Below are positions 34,926 through 41,445 of a stretch of DNA of 41,445 nucleotides, piece by piece (the stretch's first letter is position 1; each line of letters begins with the position of its first letter). The notes under the pieces were generated by a model. The model was not told the origin of the DNA, searched no databases, and saw nothing but the letters and a program-made list of their open reading frames with translations. The translations under genes and the position numbers were made by a program. The stretch spans positions 1 to 41,445 of the forward strand of contig JAYUKO010000231.1 of NCBI GenBank assembly GCA_043764415.1, given 5' to 3'. The DNA comes from Bdellovibrionales bacterium. Lineage in GTDB: Bacteria; Bdellovibrionota; Bdellovibrionia; Bdellovibrionales; JAGQZY01.

Positions 34926-37031
34926 TCAATTATTAACGCTCTCGAGCCAAACCAAAAAAGCGTACTCGTCCGCGATTTCGCGGGTGCGCGAAAAGCGACC
35001 GGTGACGCCGCTGTGGCCAGCGCCCATTTCGGTTTTCATTAAAATCAAACTATCAGCCTGATTGTTTTCGCGAAGTTTTGCCGCCCATTTTAAGGGCTCC
35101 CAGTACTGCACCTGGGAGTCGTGGTAGCCTGTGGTGATGAGCAGGTGAGGATACTTTTGCGGTAGTACATTGTCGTAGGGAGAGTAGCTCTTGATATAGC
35201 TGTAGGCTTTTTTCTCGTTGGGATTGCCCCACTGCTCATACTCGCCCGTTGTGAGTGGAATCGAAGCATCGAGCATCGTCGTGAGCACATCCACAAATGG
35301 CACGGCGGCGTGAACGCCATGGTAGAGGTCGGGGCGAAGGTTCATCACCGCACCCATCAACAAACCACCGGCGCTGCCACCTTGCATGTACACGTGGCCT
35401 GGTTTGCCGAGGCCCGACTTGAGTAAAAACTCGGTGCTCTCGATAAAATCTGTGAAGGTGTTTTTTTTGTGCATGAGTCGGCCTTTTTCGAACCAGTCGC
35501 GGCCCAACTCCTGCCCTCCGCGAATATGGGCAATGGCATACACAAAGCCACGGTCCAATAAACTGATTACGTTGGGGCGAAACTGCGCTTCCATGGAAAG
35601 TCCGTAGGAGCCATAACCATAAACAAAAAGCGGATTCTGTGATTTTTTAAATGTGTCCTTACGATATACGAGAGAAATGGGAATGCGCGAGCCATCTTTG
35701 GCCTTCGCCCAAACTCGTTCGGAGGCATATTTTTTTGCCTCGTAGGTGGGGATTTCTTTTTGTTTTACCAACACTGATTTTTTAGTTTTTAAATTGTAAT
35801 CAAAAACAGCGTCGGGCTGCACTAACGAGCTGTAGGAATAACGTAAGGTATTTGTGGCGTACTCTTCGTTGAGGCCAATGCCAGCCAAGTAAACTGGATC
35901 TTTAAAGTCGATCAGCGATTTCTTTTTATCTTTGCGATGACGAATTTCGATTTGAGCTAAACCTTTTTCGCGCACTTCGGTAGCTATAAAGGATTCGAAC
36001 ACTGCCACGGATTGCAAGTAGACTGTCTTGCGATGGGACACAACATCGCGCCACTGATTTTTGCTTGTTGCGGTGTAAGCGGCTTTCATCAAACGAAAGT
36101 TCACGGCCTTCCAGTTGGTGCGCACGTAAAAACCATCGCCGCCGTCTTCGAGATCGTACTCATGGTTTTTTTCGCGCTTCAGAAATATTTTAAAATTCTC
36201 TTCGGGGCGATCCGCCGAGGTGTAAAGGTACTCCGAGCTATTCACGCTGCTAGTTTCGATAAAAATGGTTTTTCCATTGAGAGATTTTCCAACTCCCACA
36301 TTAAACATATCGTCTTTTTCGTAATAAACCTCGGTGGCTTTATTAGCGCTGAGATTATAGCGAAAAACTTTTTCGGAACGCAGAGTTTCGGGATTTTGCT
36401 GGCTATAAAAACCAGTGTTGTTGTCGCTGGCCCACGTCCAACTCCCTGTGGTATTGGCAATTTTTTGTTTCAGAATTTCGCCGGTCTTTAAATTTTTAAA
36501 ATGAATGGTGTAAAACCGTCGTCCCACGTCATCAACAATAAATGCGAGCAACTCATGATTGGTGGAAATATCCACAACACCAGCCGAGTAGTACTTTTTA
36601 CCTTTGGCCAGAACGTTGATATCCAAAAGAATCTCTTCGGGTGCCGTCAGCGCTCCTTTTTTACGACAGTAGATGGCGTACTCTTTTCCCTTTTCATAGC
36701 GCGTATAATAAAAATACTCACCCTTGCGACTCGGTGCCGATGAGTCGTCCTCTTTGATTCGCGCTTTCATTTCGCCAAACAAAATATCCGCTGTGGGCTT
36801 GCTCGCTTGCAGATTTGCCTTGGCGTAGTCGTTTTCGGCAGTCAAATGGCTGAGGACGGCTGCGGTGTCGCGCTCGCGCATCCAAAAGTAGGGATCGGTG
36901 CGAACATCGCCATGGAGATTCATTTCGTGAGCTATTTTTTGTGCTTTGGGCGGACCTTGAGGTTTTGGTTTCATGGACTGACAAGATAGCAAAAAGATCA
37001 CGGTGCTGAATAGACATAACGCCTGACGCAT
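34926..37031 (-). CDS. ptrB: Oligopeptidase B (S9A), lipoprotein
   Basis: DPYFWMR, YGYGSYG, HIRGGQELG, GGSAGG, HDSQVQYWEP and GAGHSG; FLLSC lipobox and AGGGAG RBS before ATG 37031. Confidence 0.95.
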   Translation of the reverse strand: MRQALCLFSTVIFLLSCQSMKPKPQGPPKAQKIAHEMNLHGDVRTDPYFWMRERDTAAVLSHLTAENDYAKANLQASKPTADILFGEMKARIKEDDSSAPSRKGEYFYYTRYEKGKEYAIYCRKKGALTAPEEILLDINVLAKGKKYYSAGVVDISTNHELLAFIVDDVGRRFYTIHFKNLKTGEILKQKIANTTGSWTWASDNNTGFYSQQNPETLRSEKVFRYNLSANKATEVYYEKDDMFNVGVGKSLNGKTIFIETSSVNSSEYLYTSADRPEENFKIFLKREKNHEYDLEDGGDGFYVRTNWKAVNFRLMKAAYTATSKNQWRDVVSHRKTVYLQSVAVFESFIATEVREKGLAQIEIRHRKDKKKSLIDFKDPVYLAGIGLNEEYATNTLRYSYSSLVQPDAVFDYNLKTKKSVLVKQKEIPTYEAKKYASERVWAKAKDGSRIPISLVYRKDTFKKSQNPLFVYGYGSYGLSMEAQFRPNVISLLDRGFVYAIAHIRGGQELGRDWFEKGRLMHKKNTFTDFIESTEFLLKSGLGKPGHVYMQGGSAGGLLMGAVMNLRPDLYHGVHAAVPFVDVLTTMLDASIPLTTGEYEQWGNPNEKKAYSYIKSYSPYDNVLPQKYPHLLITTGYHDSQVQYWEPLKWAAKLRENNQADSLILMKTEMGAGHSGVTGRFSRTREIADEYAFLVWLESVNN

Positions 37032-37088
37032 TGGTACTCCCTTGGGAAGATCCCAAATTAGGAGCACTTCTAGCGACAGGCAAGGTTT

Positions 37089-37151
37089 TTAATTAGAAGC
37101 TCGTGCTTCGAGCATCTCTGTTAGTTAGAAGCTCGTGCCTCGAGCATCTCT
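37089..37151. repeat. Tandem 31-bp direct repeat duplicating the 3' end of the 37121-37567 gene
   Basis: ttaattagaagctcgtgcttcgagcatctct (37089-37119) versus ttagttagaagctcgtgcctcgagcatctct (37121-37151), 2 mismatches. Confidence 0.9.
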
Positions 37152-37567
37152 AATGACTTATCGAGAACTTTCATCTCGATGAAGCGGTAGCGGTTTCGTG
37201 GGTCGATGGAGCCGCGACGGATTTTGGTATCCACATAACCGAGCACTTCTTTTTTAAAGTGAAAGCGCTCGCGAGCTGTGAGGCCCTTTAAAGGTCCAAA
37301 AGGACTAAATAAGTCGTTAACTGCGGCAGGGGATGCGCTTGCGACGCGACGTCCACGCTTGGCCGTCACAGACCCCGTCGTCTTACTGCGATTGGGTTTA
37401 ATGATTTTTATGAGGCTCACCTTTGATGGATCGAGCTTTACATACTGCGAATGGAGACGCGCTCTTGGCTTAGCAGTATATGCTTTAAAAACTAAAGCGC
37501 CGGCCAGAAAGATTCCAACTAAACTGCTAGAAAGTATGGCTCCGTGCCACAACGACTGTGCTCTCAT
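37121..37567 (-). CDS. Basic single-TM hypothetical protein
   Basis: G-rich RBS before ATG 37567; N-terminal TM; K/R-rich with RRVAS linker. Confidence 0.65.
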   Translation of the reverse strand: MRAQSLWHGAILSSSLVGIFLAGALVFKAYTAKPRARLHSQYVKLDPSKVSLIKIIKPNRSKTTGSVTAKRGRRVASASPAAVNDLFSPFGPLKGLTARERFHFKKEVLGYVDTKIRRGSIDPRNRYRFIEMKVLDKSLEMLEARASN

Positions 37568-37619
37568 TTTTTCCCCCCGGAAAATTAAGGAGAGAGTTTT
37601 TAAACACTCTCCAACTAGA

Positions 37620-37647
37620 CTTTCGGCGTCCTCGACTAAGGACTTGA
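37620..37647 (-). promoter_or_regulatory. Possible sigma28 (FliA) promoter TCAAG-N15-GCCGAAAG
   Basis: Minus strand reads TCAAGtccttagtcgaggacGCCGAAAG about 50 nt upstream of ATG 37567; resembles the sigma28 consensus. Confidence 0.4.
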
Positions 37648-37723
37648 GGGTATTTACGAAAAAATGTCTATTATCTCGACACGAGACACACATTGAATCA
37701 ACTTGAAACACTTTGAGGTGTTT

Positions 37724-38596
37724 TTACAAGCTATAGCAGCGATCAAACGAAAGAGCTTCAGAGTCTTCGCCCACAACAATCGTCCCCGTACCGCAACCAG
37801 TGACGGCGATCGTGGTATCTTTGCCGTCGGAGCAACTTCCTGTCCATGTGCCAGAAGTGGCGCAGTTACAAGTAGAAGCCCAGGTCACATTGCTTGGAGC
37901 ATAGTTGCACGTCACGCCAGACGAATTATTTGTTACGCGCAATGAGCCACCGGTCATCACGCGGTCGGTGCGCGACGTTCCCGTGACCGTGATGTCAGAC
38001 GTTGTTTCTGCTGTGTAATCAAACAATGTTTGGCTCGCAAGGGTGAATACACGACGGATACCGGCGTTTGAAAAAGTAAAATTCCCGGCAGTGGCTCCGC
38101 GGGTGATTCTTTGCCCGGTACCTATTTTAGTAACCGTGAGGACAGCTCCCCGTCGGCCGGTGACAGTGAAGTTTGGCTCGCGATCAACCGTATCACCGTT
38201 GCTATCTAAAACACAGGCGGCGTCACTAAATTGCAAAGTGATATCGCCAGTAAACGTGGCGCCACCGATGGTGCAGCCCGAAAGATCGCGAACTTTTTCC
38301 GAAGCTGCACAGGCCGTAAACGTGGTGTCTTTGCATGCCACCGCCTGCGCCTCAGGTATTAGGCCCAAAGCCTTCAATAAGAAAAGTGGAGATGGCTGCA
38401 TGGCTTTTTCGCGAGCGGCTATAAAGCGACGATGACTTTCCATCATGACCATTGTTCCATTTGAAGTCCCGCCGGACTCATCCACAGAAGCCATCACGTC
38501 GCCGATCTGTTGGGCAGTCTCCTGAATATCCACTGCGGATTCTTCTGCACAGCCAACAAGTAAAGATAACGCTAAAAAAGAAAAAATATATTTCAT
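37724..38596 (-). CDS. Cys-, Thr- and Gly-rich beta-structured lipoprotein
   Basis: GGAGG RBS, LLVGC lipobox, many Cys residues and T/G-rich strands. Confidence 0.75.
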   Translation of the reverse strand: MKYIFSFLALSLLVGCAEESAVDIQETAQQIGDVMASVDESGGTSNGTMVMMESHRRFIAAREKAMQPSPLFLLKALGLIPEAQAVACKDTTFTACAASEKVRDLSGCTIGGATFTGDITLQFSDAACVLDSNGDTVDREPNFTVTGRRGAVLTVTKIGTGQRITRGATAGNFTFSNAGIRRVFTLASQTLFDYTAETTSDITVTGTSRTDRVMTGGSLRVTNNSSGVTCNYAPSNVTWASTCNCATSGTWTGSCSDGKDTTIAVTGCGTGTIVVGEDSEALSFDRCYSL

Positions 38597-38616
38597 AAAA
38601 CCTCCATGTTTTAAAA

Positions 38617-39558
38617 TTACTGTCCGACGTCACCGTCGAGAATGGGACTCGGTGCTAAAAGATTTCCGTTTAAAAAATTGACCGTGTTTTCTCGTTGGGA
38701 GTCGTCTAATTTTCCACAGTAGTAAAACCATCCGCTTCCAGCTGTTGCTGAGTCTACACCGTCCACCATTTGTTCAGAGCCACCCGCCTGTTGAGTTTCG
38801 CTAATGGTCATTTCAAACTCGGAGCCACGTTTGCCATTGGTTGTGAGATAGGATTTTGTGCCGTCGGTGTATTCTATAGTCATTCCATCTTCGCCCTCAC
38901 AAGACATACTAAGAATGGATTTTCTGGCCTTCGTCACTCCAGCAAGAGCCTTCTGAATGGCTGGTTCTTCTAAAAAATAATCCCACATAATGCTGCCGTC
39001 ACCGGCGGTGTGAACGTCCATGTAGTAAAGCAGTGTTGCGAGGTTGTACGCCATGGAGTCGTCGCTCGATGCGGCGTGGGCACAGGAAAAAACATGGCAG
39101 CTCGCAGAAGCGCGCCCCAGCGATTTTAACTGTGCACTGATGGCTTTATAATTTGTTAACAAACTTTGCTTGCGATCAATTTTAAAAACCGAAGAGCCTA
39201 GAAAAACAGCTTTCCCGTCCTGCGAAAATCTAAAAACTTTCGTTTTGTCTTCAAACGAAAAACTATTGGCGTCGTGTAAATGAATATTCGATCGGTTGCG
39301 AAAATTTACTTTTAGGAGATCTCCCTGTTGCTTGAGGGCACGCAGGTCAGCGGCCGAAATATGTCGACGTAAGATATTGAGTTGCGAGCCGCGACTCTTA
39401 ACGGTGTTCATCATCTCAACCACAAAGCTTGGTTTTTTTATTTTTTCGCTGAGAAGTTTTAATTCTTTTTGTGTTGGCGTGCGAACCAACTTCGGCGTTT
39501 TGGCTGAAGCGATAAAAGGGAGAAACAAACCAATAAGTAAGACGCTGATTATTTTCAT
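38617..39558 (-). CDS. Secreted hypothetical protein (basic N-domain, acidic C-domain)
   Basis: Signal peptide MKIISVLLIGLFLPFIASA-KT; 313-aa ORF. Confidence 0.72.
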   Translation of the reverse strand: MKIISVLLIGLFLPFIASAKTPKLVRTPTQKELKLLSEKIKKPSFVVEMMNTVKSRGSQLNILRRHISAADLRALKQQGDLLKVNFRNRSNIHLHDANSFSFEDKTKVFRFSQDGKAVFLGSSVFKIDRKQSLLTNYKAISAQLKSLGRASASCHVFSCAHAASSDDSMAYNLATLLYYMDVHTAGDGSIMWDYFLEEPAIQKALAGVTKARKSILSMSCEGEDGMTIEYTDGTKSYLTTNGKRGSEFEMTISETQQAGGSEQMVDGVDSATAGSGWFYYCGKLDDSQRENTVNFLNGNLLAPSPILDGDVGQ

Positions 39559-39685
39559 AGAATCAAATCCCCCATGTGGATCTTATTCTACAACTGTGCA
39601 AATGGAGCGGCAACAGTACGAGACCGTTTCAGGCCTCCAGGACATTGGTCGGTGAGCTGCTAAGCAAATTTGTTAGACAAACTTG

Positions 39686-40483
39686 CTATACAAATTTTAC
39701 GGCGTTTTTATCTTTGGGCTCTTTGTCGTCTTTTTTGGCTTTGCTGCGCTTTTTAAAGATTTTATGAATTTGCTCAAAGGTCAGCTCGCGGTGTTCGCCG
39801 GGCTTAAGACTGCCGATGCGAAACTCGCCGATGGAGACTCGACGAAGTTTTTCCACATCAAAACCAATCTTGGTGAACATTTGTTTCACCTGATGGTTTT
39901 TACCTTCGTCGATCATCACTTCGACCCAGGCTTTTTTATCTGTGGCTTTTAACAAACGCTTTACGTGCAATGCCGAAACTTTTCCACCGACGATGGAAAC
40001 CCCTCGGCGCAATTTATCAAGCTGCGGATCCGTGGGAATGCCGTTGAGTTTAACGTGGTAGGTTTTTGTGACGTGCTCATCTGGGTGAATCACTTTCTGA
40101 GCGAACTCGCCGTCGTTGGTGATGATCAGTAGACCTTCGGAATCAAAATCCAAACGTCCCACAGGAAACAAGCGCAGCGTGGTTTTTGGAAAATAGTCCA
40201 TCACAGTTCTACGACCATGGGGATCGTCGGTGGTTGTGACCACACTTTTGGGTTTGTTAAAAGCGTAGTACACGAAACGGTTTTGCGCCTGAATCGGCTT
40301 ACCGCGAAACAAAATGCGATCTTGTTTGGGATCTACACGGATGCCAAGTTCAAAAACTTTTTTTCCATTGATGGTGATTTCGCCGTTTTCGATCATGTCG
40401 TCAGCTTTACGACGGCTGGCGATACCGCAGTCGGCGATATACTTGTTAAGTCTTACTCTATTAGAAGTTGATCTTTCTGCCAT
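39686..40483 (-). CDS. rluB: RsuA/RluB-family rRNA pseudouridine synthase
   Basis: S4 domain RLNKYIADCGIASRRKAD, NKP, GRLDFDSEGL and EGKNHQVK; exact paralog uncertain. Confidence 0.85.
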   Translation of the reverse strand: MAERSTSNRVRLNKYIADCGIASRRKADDMIENGEITINGKKVFELGIRVDPKQDRILFRGKPIQAQNRFVYYAFNKPKSVVTTTDDPHGRRTVMDYFPKTTLRLFPVGRLDFDSEGLLIITNDGEFAQKVIHPDEHVTKTYHVKLNGIPTDPQLDKLRRGVSIVGGKVSALHVKRLLKATDKKAWVEVMIDEGKNHQVKQMFTKIGFDVEKLRRVSIGEFRIGSLKPGEHRELTFEQIHKIFKKRSKAKKDDKEPKDKNAVKFV

Positions 40484-41445
40484 GGGATCTCTCTTTGCTT
40501 TTCCGATGTCACAATCAGATTGCGATTATTTTGCAGAGAAGATCGCAGAGTTTGCGTTAAAAGGCGAATCATATTGTCATTTTGGAAAATATTTTCCTTG
40601 GCAGATTCCCCTCTCTCAAGAGCGGCCTGGCCAAACGTGAGCGCTTCGGGGTGCCGCAAGTTCACGAGTTCTATGGCCTTTTCTAAAAGCTGTGTGAGCT
40701 CCTGGTACATAGGGTCTGTTTTGCGATCCACAAAGTACTGTTCCAGTCTCTTAATGGCGTAGTAAACTTGCGGGTACTGGGCCACATTCCCACCCTTGAA
40801 TTCCTCGGCCTTCTGAAAGGTATAACCGCGAATGAGATTGCCATGCATTCCCGGCCCCAAAATCATAAAGCGCGCGGTCACACTGGGAGCAACTTCCACA
40901 TACTGAACTTTTTGAAACTGTAAACTGAGGTCTGCCGTGTAATGGATCTTCATCAACGGGTTTAAGGGCTCAAGCTCACCGATGTTATTAATCAACATTA
41001 AGTTGTTGAGATGAGTCACCGTCATGGCCTGTGATTCGTCGAGGCTTAGCAAAATAAAGGTTCCGTTGTTGGTGGCGATCAAACGACTTTTGTTTCCCGC
41101 ATTGGAAAATTTCTTTTCGAGAATTTTTAAACAATCAATGGGATTGTCGATGGCAACAACCTGCCAACGATCTGGCAAAACCATATTTTTAAATTCTAGT
41201 TTGATTTGATAGGTTTCGGCAAAGTGGTGCAAAAAATATTGCATCTCTTGCACCAGCTGATGCCGGTTTTTTCGCCAGTGTTCAAAACCGAGCGCAAAGC
41301 GATTAAAGCTTTCAATCAGCTCGGGAGTGACTTTGTCCGTAGGTTCGCAGTGATGGATGAGGAAATGATAGAAACAAAGACGCGCAGCATCTTTGTTCGG
41401 TTGAAAGCGCAAAATATGTCTGGCAAGCTGAAGAACAGTATCCAT
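40453..41445 (-). CDS. Hypothetical protein (may extend beyond window end)
   Basis: 330-codon open frame reaching the window edge and overlapping the rluB start; no motif recognised. Confidence 0.7.
   Translation of the reverse strand: MDTVLQLARHILRFQPNKDAARLCFYHFLIHHCEPTDKVTPELIESFNRFALGFEHWRKNRHQLVQEMQYFLHHFAETYQIKLEFKNMVLPDRWQVVAIDNPIDCLKILEKKFSNAGNKSRLIATNNGTFILLSLDESQAMTVTHLNNLMLINNIGELEPLNPLMKIHYTADLSLQFQKVQYVEVAPSVTARFMILGPGMHGNLIRGYTFQKAEEFKGGNVAQYPQVYYAIKRLEQYFVDRKTDPMYQELTQLLEKAIELVNLRHPEALTFGQAALERGESAKENIFQNDNMIRLLTQTLRSSLQNNRNLIVTSEKQREIPWQKDQLLIE

Noticed and set aside
37042-37060. TAATTTGGGAT on the minus strand as a fourth element copy
   Set aside because: Only the short terminus matches, with no arm or core; it is a small hairpin next to the ptrB RBS.
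294-41209. Numerous short overlapping or antisense ORFs in the track (e.g. 1868-2371, 3794-4357, 25075-25629, 36012-36491)
   Set aside because: Shadow frames of well-supported genes, lacking recognisable motifs.

Overview
Gene-dense bacterial chromosome segment, probably from a Bdellovibrionota-like predator (inferred from gene content and the many signal-peptide/lipoprotein hypotheticals). The core backbone comprises a split dcw cluster (rsmH-ftsL-ftsI, with murE 12 kb away), upp-hpt, dacB, lspA, dsbD, ptrB and a pseudouridine synthase. Accessory genes include a TetR-controlled amine-oxidase/DUF1365/cfa lipid-modification operon, a REC-GGDEF cyclase and an exonuclease-WYL fusion. No rRNA, tRNA, CRISPR array or transposase was recognised. 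Most notable observations: (1) a dispersed palindromic element family with a near-identical ~50-nt core (small hairpins, three of four with GGA loops) inside long inverted arms that differ between copies, always starting with TTTGGGA just after a stop codon; (2) a 1466-aa SF2 helicase with a Sec signal peptide, followed by a secreted coiled-coil protein resembling a pore-forming toxin, a candidate effector-plus-translocator pair; (3) a macrodomain gene with an apparent internal deletion; (4) a tandem duplicate of a gene 3' end differing only at synonymous sites; (5) an LspA-HAMP-like fusion; (6) internal AxA cleavage-like motifs in two adjacent exported proteins.
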